DNA of 62,092 bases, the filler included, from Sphacelaria rigidula (taxonomy: Eukaryota): the NCBI GenBank assembly GCA_964200075.2. It is 8 parts of 8 records of this genome, joined end to end, with 100 filler letters (N's around TTAATTAATTAA, not from the genome) between each part and the next. Parts side by side here need not be neighbours in the genome. Positions count along the whole stretch, not along the records: positions 46,647 to 54,319 come from CAXNAA020013837.1; positions 54,420 to 62,092 come from CAXNAA020013838.1; 6 more parts are not named here. One strand, given 5' to 3'. Position 1 is the stretch's first letter; every line of letters starts with the position of its first letter. Under the pieces are notes generated by a model. The model had not been told where the DNA came from, did not search any database, and saw only the letters and a program-made list of their open reading frames with translations. Both the position numbers and the translations under genes were made by a program. Positions 50,749 through 62,092 of this stretch are shown in pieces.

Positions 50749-51225
50749 GCCGCTTCTTATAACAGACAAAAACAATCATCTGGAAAAGTGCCTTTCTGGA
50801 GCTTTTGCGTCGTTTTACGCCCCGAAAGAGAGCTAGGCGGAGTTTGACACGTCGGAACGATTTGCTCTACTAGTTGAAGCGGTTCCAGGTCATCTTCAGG
50901 TTTTGCGATGGCCGCACTTTGTATTTTGGCCACACAATAATTTTTGTCCAACAACGGTCAAAAGCAGTCAAGTCCAGAGAAAGGTGGCGATTTTTTCTAG
51001 ATTTGACTGTTTTTTACCGTTCTTGGACAAAAATTCTTGTTCGACCGAAATAAAACGTGCGGCCACCGGCAAACGTGAAGATGTCTTGAAACCGCCTCAA
51101 GTAGCAGAGCAAGTCATTCCAACGTGTCAAACTCCGCCTAGCTCTCTTTTGGGGAGTAAAACGACTTAGAAGCTCCAAAAAGGCACTTTTCCAGATTTGT
51201 ATTTTTGTCTGTTATAAGGAGCGGC
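50749..51225. repeat. 477-bp foldback with about 230-bp arms
   Basis: gccgcttcttataacagacaaaaa...gagagctaggcggagtttgacacgt is mirrored by acgtgtcaaactccgcctagctctc...tttttgtctgttataaggagcggc; short central loop near 50980-50995. Confidence 0.85.
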
Positions 51226-51301
51226 CTGAAGAGCGAAGCACGTCGGAACATATCATGGGTTAGTCTCCCTCTCAGTGAGATGATGCCGCGTTTTGAAGGC
51301 A

Positions 51302-51666
51302 TGTGTGTGTTGTCGCTCCCTCTCGTCTGGACGCCGGTCTACACCTTTCATTATGTGTGGGCTCACCAGCCGAGGTCACACAGGAGGAACGCCAACACAG
51401 GAGCTTTTTCTTGTTTTTTGTTTTGTTTTACGTATCCACCTTCCTTCTTCGGTGCTTGCCCTTTTTTTTTCTTTATCGCGAGAGCGGTTCAGCAGTTCCT
51501 TTCCCTCGTCGACCATTAAGTCGAATTGCTGTGAACCCACGACGTCGTCGCTCTCCACTGCTGGGCATGGTGTGAGAAAAAATACCAGATCGCTCCGAGA
51601 TTCGAACCCACGACCCAACCGTCAGAGGGTGTCGAGATTATCAACTGAGCCACCGGGGCGACCGGC
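51302..51666 (-). mobile_element. tRNA-derived SINE family 1, full length
   Basis: A box TGGCTCAGTTGA, B box GGTTCGAATCTC, conserved body and (CA)n tail. Confidence 0.8.
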
Positions 51667-52194
51667 TATGCGGCGGCGATATTGTTTCCCCTGTTTGGGG
51701 GTGAGAACAGCGGTGGAGCTTATGCATTTTTCCTGAACAAAATGGTTCATTCACTTGATTTTAGAGTCAACACACCGGTATTCGAATCTTTAGGGGAGCT
51801 GATGTGCCAAGTGCTCCTCGCTCGCCCAGAACACTTTTTTGTCCACATGGGGCCCGCAGGTGCCGATTTGAGGCTTGCCGACGTACACTTTGCCTAGAGC
51901 ACCCACCCTTTGCACCTCCCCTTGCCTGAGGGCTCTCGGTTTGCCTTGGGTTGGGGTTAAGGGTGGGCGCTAGCGTTAGTTCCAAAACGTAAATTTCCTC
52001 GAAAAGTCACGTTATCCATTTCCACGACAAATGCACGAGCACGACGACTCCAAAACAAGTGTCAAGTATCTAAATGAAACCGTACGTCGTGTCTCTGCAA
52101 GACGCGGCCTCAAATTACCAAAACTCTTGAGTAGTGATAAACGCACGTATTCTTCATATCCCCAGCAGAGACTAAATGCTCAATGGGCTCGGCG

Positions 52195-52690
52195 GCAAAA
52201 TCTGAAACTGCGATTTGGGGTGGGGGACCTAGACCTGCCAGAAAAGAGGAAAGAACTACCAGCAGTAGTGGAGTGGAGGAGAAAGGATATGCACGGAATT
52301 GCCCCCTGTGGCGAAGCAATACAGAGTAGAACTCGTGTAATGGTAGAATGTGAAGTATACGAGGAGGAACGAGACGTGCTAGAGGGGGAAATGCGGGACG
52401 TAAACGAAGGTGGTATGAAATCGTTTGATACACAAGACGGTAGCGAGAAAACGATGGTTGCGCTAGAAGATAAATGGTGGCCACAGACGGCGAATCAGGA
52501 CAGGGGTAAGATATGTACAAGTTTTTTTTGTGTAATGTACGGAAGAAAGGTGATGGGCGTCGATGTGTTGGAGTTGTTTCTAGTAGGAGTAGGAACAGTG
52601 CTCCGTCTCGCAAGGGATGCATGGTCAATGGTCAAGCGACTAAGGCAAGCAACAAATGAGTACACCCCGCCCCCCACAACAAAAAAACAC
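52195..52690 (+). mobile_element. Non-LTR retrotransposon (LINE) 3' remnant, decayed ORF2 C-terminus
   Basis: LKLRFGVGDLDLPEKRK...PCGEAIQSRTRVMVECEVYEEERDVLE...WWPQTA is a decayed C-terminal zinc-knuckle region (CxC...H...EC) of a LINE ORF2 that I recall from brown algal genomes; apparent frameshifts; C/A-rich tail. Confidence 0.75.
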
Positions 52691-53577
52691 GAGACGTACT
52701 TATTCGAATTTTCCGGAAGCTCTCTGAAGTCGGTCTAGAGCAGAGCAATTATGGTGCTTTGATCCTATATTACGATATTGTTCCGCGTCCATACACGTCG
52801 CCTTGATGTTGAGTTTTGGACGGGAATGTCCCGGGTATATCTATCGGAGCTCTCGTATGTGATTCTCCACAGTGCTCGAGAATTGTTTGCGGGGAAAATG
52901 GACAGTGCATGTGCACGATGAATACGTTTATTGACATATCGGGCTAGTTTATTACCCTGATCCCAAGTGCTCTCTATTTTTTTCCCGAATACTTCTTCGA
53001 AATTACGCAAATATAGGGGATGGTAGTTGACCTCGAGTATCAGGGTACTATCCCCACATGTATTCTCCCAAGGTGATGGTTTTTTTTTAATGGTGTTCTG
53101 AATTGGATCGACATGAGTATATCCCTTGGGGTGATACAAACCTTCCTAATTTGATTCGCAGAAGGAACAAGGACACCGCCTTCAATTCCATTATTTATTT
53201 AATTTTTTTGCACGAAAAAACAGTGTGAGACTCCCCTCCGAGACGAGGTCTGAAATTTCATGTTCTGGTCCGTCCGATCGATCCGCCCAACGACCAATTT
53301 TACAACCATATATTTTACCTTGCGCACCGACGCGCGTCTGTCTTGTGACCTTCCACGGTTTGATTCGCAGTGGATCAAAGGTGCCTTTGAGGGGTACCAT
53401 ATGCCGTTGTATCTAGGCATATGTATATGGTATTTCGACCTAACCTCGTTTCTCACAGGAATAGTCTCGTTCCCCTTTGTCAGGATTCCCTGTTATTGGT
53501 CAATGTGAAGTTGCGACAAGATCGATCGACCAATCAATCGGTGCCATGCTCCAGGGAAGCAGTGCATCCTTGCTTGC

Positions 53578-53594
53578 TGTTGTTGTTGTTATTA

Positions 53595-53661
<67 letters not shown>

Positions 53662-53825
53662 TGTTGTCTTCACATTAAAAACCGTTGCTATATCTGCGTA
53701 GTACTCCGCACTGGGCATCCTATGCAGACGCCTCCCGTGGTCACAGGCTGACTGCCCAAAAAATAGTATCGTGAAACCGAGTAAAAAAACAAAGGAACCA
53801 GGAAAATTCACACGAGACGCGATAC
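53578..53825 (-). mobile_element. Retroposon tail family A with an expanded (TAG)n/(CTA)n microsatellite tail (53595-53660)
   Basis: Reverse complement of agcctgtgaccacgggaggcgtctgcataggatgcccagt...aatgtgaagacaacaac followed by about 22 perfect trinucleotide units. Confidence 0.7.
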
Positions 53826-54291
53826 AAAATAGAATAAATATCCCTTCAAGAATATAAATTCCGAGTAGAATTATTTCAAGATTGGTGCAAATTGTTTCAC
53901 CTGCAAAGTTTCGTGTGCTTTAACTTGAGCGGTTTGAAACATCAGTGTTTTGATCAGCGCCTACTCTCCCGCTGAGCTGTTGTGAATGTGCTTAGGCGAT
54001 ACACGGTACCGCCCGCGTCGAATTCCTCGGAAGGTAGAATGAAACCCTCAACCCGCTAATAGGTGAGGATGGTATTCTTTATGGCCCCACCTGGAAACTC
54101 CCTTTTTTTGGTTTTGTTCGCAGACTCGCGGGATCATAACTGCTCGATTGATCAATCGATTGGTTTTGGGTGGATATTAATCGATTCATACTTGTTTATT
54201 TTCCGTCTCTGTGATTCACTTACTCTTTCATTTTGTCGTGCTCATCATCGTCATCATTACCACGGTTGTAGTAGTAATGATGATAATGGCC

Positions 54292-54319
54292 ATAATAATA
54301 ATAATAATAATAATAATAA
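54292..54319. repeat. (AAT)n microsatellite at contig end
   Basis: Perfect trinucleotide run abutting the spacer. Confidence 0.9.
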
Positions 54320-54419
54320 NNNNNNNNNNNNNNNNNNNNNNNNNNNNNNNNNNNNNNNNNNNNTTAATTAATTAANNNNNNNNNNNNNNNNNNNNNNNNN
54401 NNNNNNNNNNNNNNNNNNN
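54320..54419. other. Artificial contig spacer
   Basis: 44 N + TTAATTAATTAA + 44 N. Confidence 0.98.
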
Positions 54420-57400
54420 AGATATGATCGAAATAAGGGAAAAAGGAGCGCTCAGACGCAAGGTAGACAAGGAAGAACATCTACGCCTTCTATGTCGCAC
54501 ACGCCACGAGAAAACCGGGCTTCACGGTGAGCCGTCGTGTGCCATACGTCATACGGCAGACGTTCTGCGATGCAGTCCGAGACAGTACAGTGTACAACGC
54601 AGTACCTGTTCTTCTGTTCCTTTCTAATTATCATACTCTAAACCGCGTCCCTCCACTCGGAACGTGTCCGTGGTCTTGAGGAATCGCCCTATCTCTTCCG
54701 AAGTACATGCCCGGTAACCCATTGTCGAGCAATGGATCAGCGCTCGCGAGGTCCGCCGACTCTTAATCCAATTTTCATTTGGTACTCACATCTACACGCT
54801 TTCATCGACAGAAACTGGAATTTTCAGTCAAGAGGACACCATGATTCCCTCTGGCGGGATCCGAGCCCAGGAAGTCAATTTGCTCGCCAGTTGGGCAATT
54901 GGGACGCTGCGGCTTACTCTATGCGTGCAATATTCAATATTCGTCTGTAATGGTGTGCTTGACGATGTGGAGCCCTCGCTGCTGGGCGCTAGTGAAGTAA
55001 GCCGCATTGACCAGCATAACCCGCGGAGCTTATGCATTGACCGCGTTGTATTCCTCTTCTGTTCTGGTCGTCATTCATTTTTTCCCTGCCCTCTCTGGGG
55101 ATGGATCCGTAATCGGGAGGGCTCAACCCGTTCCTTTCGCAGTACATACATGGTTGACAACTTGTCATGGAACAGTGGATTAGCACCCCCGTCGTAGCCC
55201 CACGACCGTTTTTTAGTCGTGCCCCCCTTGTCTCCACGCCGTCGATGGCAGGAACCAGCTTCCCTATAGAAAAAGATTATACATATAGTTTCTGCCGGGG
55301 CTTGAAATAACGACATTGGCTTACCGTAGAATACGGTGTACACCACTTCCAAGTGAAAACATTTGGGTATCCGAAAAGTCACCACCCGTGGGTGATATAC
55401 ACCGTATTCAGTTGGGCCTGTCGTATATATATATAGTTACGTACCCCAATACAGAACCATATATACCGACATGGTGTGGTGCCGCAAAACAGCCAAAATT
55501 TGACCATGTGGGGGTGGTATTCAGGGGGAGTGCCATATAATACGCACAAATCGAAAATAACGTCTTCTATGGTAAACTGGCCGTTGGTTCACCAAGTTCA
55601 AGATGGGGACACCGCCCATGAATCTAACAGCATGAAAGTACTTATCGTGTCCATGCTGTACCATCGACCTCAGGCCGCTACACAGCATCATTGAGACGCC
55701 AAAGCCCCCTCATTGCAAGAGCAAACGGGCGCCTGGGACGTTGAGCGTTGGGCTCTTGCCCACGATGTAATGCTTACACCGATGTTCTGCTGTGGAGCGT
55801 GCGGCCCAGCACAACAGTACAGCACTCTCAGTGAAGAGATGTGCATGGACTTCGTAGCCAGTGACTTGAAACGATGGAACCAATGCATGCGCTGTTCTAA
55901 AGGTACTTTACACCTCACAGTCCGAAGTAAAGAGTCATCTAAACTACAGGCTGTCAAGGAACGACAACGGATCCAAGTTCCCAACGACGGTGAGCGCAAC
56001 TGCAACATCCCTCGTTATGCAAAGCACCTTGGCCGTTTAGACATCATGACTGAGCACGGGTACTCTACCAAGATTATACAGCCCATCTCTCTTCCTACCC
56101 ACCAGCTTTCTCCTGCCGTTAAGCGCTTGTTCACCCTGCGTGATATATGCAGCCTTGACCAAGGTCTTAGCCTGCTCCAAGCTCTTGCTATTCATGCTGC
56201 GTCGCCGATAGCACACCGCCCATTCCCCCCCACCAACTGGGATATCTACACTTTTTTCAATCTGAATTAGTTTCCGTGGTTCAGATCCGTTGCCGACGGA
56301 TGATTATAGCGGCCCTAAAAGCGAAATCGAAGGAATGTTCTATCGAAGTACAGTATCATGTAATTATCAATGGATTTCACAGGGATGACTTGCGAGAAGT
56401 GATGGACCAAACGTTCACAAGATGCAAGATATACTATACTAGTTTCAGTGATGGAAAATAACATTCCCAGGCGACCGAGGGCCGACTATTTACATTTACC
56501 CTGTATCGACTGGGAATCAATTTGGATCATGACCATAGTTTGGTCAACCCGCAAACGACGCAGGATCAATCAAGGCAGAAGAAAGGTGCCGCACTCAGTG
56601 ACCTGGTAACCTCTGTCTGTGTGAGTGGACTACCCCCACCCGGTGAGATCAATGTACAGCTATGGCTTGCTATTTTCGAAGTCTCCCCTCCAGGACCATC
56701 TCTCTTTTGCGTCGACCCTCAGCTCCTAATTTTTCATTTTGATCTGTCTCGTGGAAGAAAGAAGCATGTGTGTCTTGTTGCCCTTCGCACTTCACAGCAG
56801 GAAGAGCCCGACTGACCCTGCTGATTTCGGCGCGTAGGTAAACAAAGGCATACTGATTACGACCCCAAACCTCTCGGGAACATACTGCGTTGCGTCTTTC
56901 CAAAGCTACAGGTTCTTCGATGTTGTATCATCAAGCGAGAGAGACTTTTGTTTTGGTCCATCATGGCTCGTAAATTGACGTTTTTCTCGAACCCTGTGTT
57001 CAAACCGCTTTTTCGTCGCGTGTTTAATTTCCAAGATATTTGAGGTGTCTTCATTTGTTCAGCGTACATCACGTGCCCTTGATGTTACTTTCCTTGAGTT
57101 TGCTGCCCTTCCTTAGTTGACCTCGCCCCACCCGCGCCCTCTCTACTCCCCCGTCGTTTATACTCCGTGCGAGAACCACTCCCGACATATGGTGTTATTA
57201 CTTTCTGCGGGCGTAATCACTATATGGATTCGTAGTTCTCGTGCTAGCTGCGACCCTCTTTACTTGGTCTTGGCACCGAATATCCGTTAGCAGACAGGGC
57301 GACAGGGCCGTTTTGTCGTTTTTTCCGAGACGGCTTGCGGCGGGTCTAGGTACTTCGTACTGTACTCTAGTGTTATATCTTATACTGTATTTACTATGAT

Positions 57401-57595
57401 ATGCTTCACTGTCTACAGGACTTTTTTCACGCGCCTTCGCGTACACACCACACCGAACCGTCAACCCTCCAGAACGACCGTACGTATGTTATAGAAACAT
57501 GACAATGTTGTGTTGGTCGAATTTGCCCTAGCCTCTTGCGCCGTCACCCCTCTCTGACCTTGCCGCGTTCGCAGGCAGGCGCTGTCCAGTGGGCA

Positions 57596-60500
57596 ATGCT
57601 GGGCGTGGACGCGGCGATGACGCTGAACTATACTGATCATCAAGCTTTTGGAGGATTGAATCAACTGGGGTTGGGAGGTGAGTCGAGAATTGATGGTGTC
57701 GACCAAGAGCATGAATATTTTACGACGACACCGGGCCCTGGTTCTTGAGACATACTGTGGGATATCACCCCCCCCCCCCCTCCCCCTCCATGATATTTTG
57801 GTAAACACCGGTTTTGCTCAACAAGCAAGATTCTGCAGTGCGTGTGAGACCCCACGCATGAAAACTCCCGAGGAGATTCTTGGATATTTGGAACAACCCC
57901 AGTTTTCCGCTAATGAACTTCAGTTGGGGAATAATCAAGGCAGAACTTTGTCACCCGGAGAGAGGGGTCTATACCCGGTCATCTTCTATACGACAAACAC
58001 CAAATCAGGCAAGCGAGCACTTTCCGAGCACCCGCTCCGTGAAGTAATATTGTACGATCGCCTTCTGGAAAGGACACGCCTGTGATGCGTAGATCGTAAT
58101 GTAGTCGCCAGCGTGGTTCGGACCGTCTGTCTTGGTACATTTGTCACCTATTTCACGCAAGTCGTCGGGTGCAAGACGTGTCGTGCACGCCTGTGTCGCT
58201 CGCACTTTGGACGTAATGTGTATTGTACATCGTGCTAAGACTTTACAAAAACTATTGCGCCTCTCAGTCAGCTTTGACTGAATGGCTCAGTGGTTTTTGT
58301 CAAGTCTTAACAGAAGCTCGTCCCGGGATCCGATCGATCTGGAGACTCGACAGCTTGGACGGACACCGGCATTAACTTTTGTCGATGTGTGACGATAACA
58401 GCTGAGCCATATAGACCGGCATTGATTGAGTGGCCCAGTGGTTACCGTGACACCTCAACACGTTGACTATGCGAACTCACATCCGCATTTTGTGACGGGA
58501 GCTGATGCTTTCAACAACACCGCTCCGTGAATATGGCGTAGGACTATGTCGTGCATGCACTCATTCATCACCAGACGCTTTCCGCACAAGAAATTGATCA
58601 GAGTTTGTATAGGACAGACCTGCGGACAGCGGGTGTGACCTAACTCAGAGTGGCCGGGTTGGGGGGCTCCGGACGGGGAGCCTCCCGAACGGGATTATGA
58701 CCAGCCCAGACTGGGGATCGGAGGATGACAGTCCCGGGGTGACAGGCCCGGTTAGACCGTCCGGGTTGAGTTATTAGTAAGCGGGTCCGGCCACATAGAA
58801 GTCACAATAACATTTGCCCCCTCTACAAGTGGCTGTCTCCCTCAGTGCAGACTATAGTACCCACCTCATGAGTGTCGTGCTCTTTGTCAACCACTGCTTG
58901 CGGACAGTAAGCTGTGGAGACCAAAAATATTCCCTGTTTACCGCGGTAATTTCGTGAAATGAGCTGCATCACGAAAATATCACAACTTCACAGCTTTCAA
59001 CGTACGCATATGCCATGGTGTTCACACAAGACACGACGAAATGTGCTGCAGGTACGGTAAAAAAAAAAAATCCCCGCTCTTGTAATTATACAGATTGGGG
59101 TTCCCTCGTGTCATTACCAAGCTCGTCACTTTCACGCACTTGTTCCCGACCATGTCCATCAAACTCATGCCGAAATCTGCCCGAAAAGTTTATGGTCGAT
59201 GGGTTACATTCACGTCCACCGTAGCGTTGGCTACACCGTTTCCACCGCCGAGAATGGGGACCATAATCCGTCAGATTCTGCTGTTGTCGGACCGAGTGCT
59301 ATTTTCACTTTGTTGTACTTTAGAGGTTATTCTATATGTTGTTGTGACGTCTATATGACTCGACCCGCTTACTAATAACTCCGGACTGGTCAACCCGGAC
59401 CGTCTTCCCGGGCCTGCCACCCTGGGACTGTCATCCTCCAATCCTCAGTCTGGGCTCGTCATACTCCCGTCTGGAAGGCTCCCTGTTGGGAGCTCCCCAC
59501 CCGGGCACTCTGTATCCAACTCTGAGCCTAGCCTTGCAAGCCCGTCCTGTCGAAGTTCACGTCGCGTCTCTACACACTCTGTACCCTTTCACCGGGTGAG
59601 GAACTGCGACCCACACTCGCTGTCCGCAGGCCTGTGTCTTATGTTGAGCCCTTCACACACCTACCCTTGGCCAGGGCTGTTGCTACTTGACATGCTACAC
59701 GCCGTCGGCAATCGAGGACGATATGATTGTTGAGAATTTCACCGAGAAACTATCTTGCTCGCGAGCGGGCAAGTGCACGAAGCACACCCGCGCCCGCATG
59801 TGCCGGGTCGCTCAAGTTCTTAACCTTCGCACCAACCCTGAACCCCCCCCCTGATTTGTGTTCGCCGCACAGACCTGGATGACATGGACGTCCAGATTGG
59901 TGGCGGGCAATCTATGGGGGGTGTAACCGGCGTGGGAGGTGAACCTCTCGGAATAAACAATGTCGATAACGGTCGCAACCGCGGCCCGGATACCAACGGT
60001 GTTCTTCTGCCAGCGCAAGAGAGAGTAGGGGTAGGCGCAGGTGGCGCAGGTGGCGGGGAGGGAGGAATGAACGTTGCGACAGGTAGCGGCATGCTGCACA
60101 ACGAAGGGACAGTTGATCCAGGCGCCCACTCGTCACCATTAGGTGGACACCAGCAGCAGCAGCAGCAGCAACAGCAACAACAGCCTCCGGCACCCCCCCC
60201 GCCGTCTTCTTGGGCAGCTAAGGTGCGAGCTGGCCTGGGCTCTGACAGCCCGACCGTAGGAGGGGCAACCGGCGGCGCGGCGGCGGGAATGGGGAGCATC
60301 GGGGACATGTGTCTTTCGGCGAACGAAATGGATCCTGCTGTCACAACGGCGAGCTTGAGTTTCGGGCACCTCTCCGGTGGTATCGGACCGAGGCCTGGAC
60401 CCATACACGGGTTGAGTATGGAAGCGGGAGGTATGCCATCGGCAGGGAACGTAGGGAGGGGAGGGCCATTGACATTGTCCTCGACGATGCCCCTTGCAGG

Positions 60501-61690
60501 CGGGTCACTTTCGGGAAACGCTATTTCTCGGCCGAACGGTGGTGGTATAGGCGAAAGGAGCATGGGCCCGGTAGGCACGAGTCTAGGGATAGCGCGCGAG
60601 AGGGCGGGGAGCATAGGACACTCGGATCACGGAACCCTGCAGCAGCAGCAGCAGCCTCTACAGCAACAGCTACAACACCGGGGGATTGGAGCAGGAAGCC
60701 GGGCAGACGCGGGAATAGCAGTAGATGGAGTGAGTACTAGTGGTGGCATGTCAGGCGGGGGTGGCAGCCCAGGGGAGCGGCGCGCAGCCTTGCCTCAGGC
60801 ATTCGCAGGGCTAGATCTGGGGGGAGGCAGCTCTTGTAGTGCGGCGGCGCCGTTGAGCGCCCCCGGTAGTAGAAGCAACTCGATTGGGGGAGCAGGCGCG
60901 GGAGTGGGGGGGGGGGTGGGGTTTGAAGCGTCCAAAGATGATCTCCTTGGGGACTTTCCGTGCGTGCGGCTTCGAGGGTTGGCCGCGGACACTTCGGTGA
61001 AGGATATACTGGACTTTTTCGTGGGGCTCGGGCCGGTATTGGATATTGTGTTGGAGGTGAGTGTGCTGTGTGCTTTGTGTACGTTCTGCTTATGCGCTGT
61101 TCGACTAGGCCCGTGTAACCCAGTGTGCGCTACAAAGGGGCGTGAAGAAAAGTGAGTTCACCTGACCAGTTGCTCATGTACGTGAGATGACTCCTGCAGC
61201 TGATGCAGCTACTTGCAAGGGCCATCGTCATTTTTTTGGGGTCTTATCGGTCGATTGTCGCACATCAACGGGTCGACTCCTCCATCCGTAGTCAAATGAT
61301 AGACGTACCCAACGTGGAAGGTAAGAGAAACTCGATGAAGGAAACTCGAGAATGGGAAAAAAGGAAGGGGTGAGGGAATAGAGTAACTGCAGACAGGGGA
61401 CAAAATACAGCAAGGTGGGTTTGGCTAATTCTTGAATTGTATGAATATCAAAACACAAGAGTGGACAGTGATTGGTCTCTACACGCATACTGAGGGGAGA
61501 AAATAGTCACGCCCTTCGCGCCTGCACCTAGTCTAAGGTATAGCTGTCCTGTTGTCGCAAACCCTGTTATGATGACCAGGATGGTGTCACGGAGGGAGAG
61601 GTTGGAGCAATCACGCTCTTCGGGAACCTGATGGACTACCACGGGGCGTTGCAGCGGTACTCGCTTCAGATCAAGGGGCGTTACATCGAG
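57596..61690 (+). CDS. hnRNP F/H- or ESRP-like quasi-RRM RNA-binding protein with Gly-rich/polyQ N-terminus, 3' partial
   Basis: Exons 57596-57677 (candidate ATG; acceptor before 57575; G|gtgagt), 59873-61056 (cag|AC...GAG|gtgagt) and 61580-61690 (cag|GAT...GAG|gtgcgt), phases consistent. FPCVRLRGL...VKDILDFFVGL...ALQRYSLQIKGRYIE matches the qRRM signature VRLRGLP...DI..FF.GL...AL......G.RYIE. Confidence 0.85.
58609..59642. repeat. Intronic inverted repeat pair (58609-58787 and 59362-59642)
   Basis: cctgcggacagcg...agcccagactg...ggaggatgacagtccc...gagttattagtaagcgggtc is mirrored by gacccgcttactaataactc...gggactgtcatcctcc...cagtctgggct...cgctgtccgcagg; the right arm is about 100 bp longer. 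Confidence 0.85.
60151..60183 (+). repeat. CAG/CAA tract encoding Q11
   Basis: In frame within the large qRRM exon. Confidence 0.9.
61250..61315 (-). mobile_element. Retroposon 3' tail family B, degenerate, in qRRM intron
   Basis: gattgtcgcacatcaac...atccgtagtcaaatgatagacgtaccc. Confidence 0.5.
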
Positions 61691-62037
61691 GTGCGTTAAC
61701 TACCGCGCGCTTCGGTCTAGCTACGCGTAGACCTCCCGTCACCCCTAGACCTCTCATTTATGTTACTCAGTGGATAGCGGGTCTGTGGGGCTTGGGGAAT
61801 TTGTTGGCACAACGAATCGTGTGTGTGCTGAGCAATACTCTATATGAGAGACAGGTTGGTCCTGGGTACTGCCGCATACACGTGTGGCGAGAGTTCCCTT
61901 GAATCCACCCCTTTATGAGGTCGACCTGCCCACGCAAGCGTGCCCGCCCTCCTTCCCCAACCCCGGGCACGCACCTTTTGCTTTCGACACCACATCACGC
62001 GTACATTTTTATACAGTAATACAACGCTGGAAGTGAG

Positions 62038-62089
62038 AAAAACAGAACGAGCGGGTGTGTGTAAAAAACAGAACGAGCGGGTGTGTGTA
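62038..62089. repeat. 26-bp tandem duplication at contig end
   Basis: aaaaacagaacgagcgggtgtgtgta x2. Confidence 0.85.
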
Positions 62090-62092
62090 GGG

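Noticed and set aside
1..51666. All five family 1 SINEs on the minus strand
   Set aside because: Small sample and arbitrary contig orientation.

Overview
Eukaryotic, intron-rich, repeat-rich DNA, most likely from a brown alga (Phaeophyceae, stramenopile); the taxon is inferred from the protein families, splice-site style and a LINE C-terminus I recall from brown algae. The window is not one locus. It is eight contigs of descending length (7675, 7675, 7674 x4, 7673 x2 bp) joined by identical 100-bp spacers (44 N + TTAATTAATTAA + 44 N), so adjacency across spacers means nothing. Partial genes rebuilt by hand with frame-consistent GT-AG introns: exocyst Sec5/EXOC2 (15 exons, minus), an ERD2/KDEL-receptor-family gene (3 exons, minus), one cyclophilin-type PPIase exon (plus), the last two exons of a coiled-coil/low-complexity protein (plus) and an hnRNP F/H-like quasi-RRM gene (3 exons, plus). 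The rest is mostly non-autonomous mobile DNA: two tRNA-derived SINE families, LINE 3' remnants, piggyBac-type (TTAA), PIF/Harbinger-type (TAA) and hAT-like TIR elements that are often nested, several long foldbacks and tandem arrays. I found no compelling new multi-gene system. The best leads are an intronic inverted-repeat pair around a possible cryptic exon in the qRRM gene, a rod-like 334-bp hairpin, a three-level nested insertion with its empty site visible, and a piggyBac derivative with about 1.1 kb of unexplained internal sequence.
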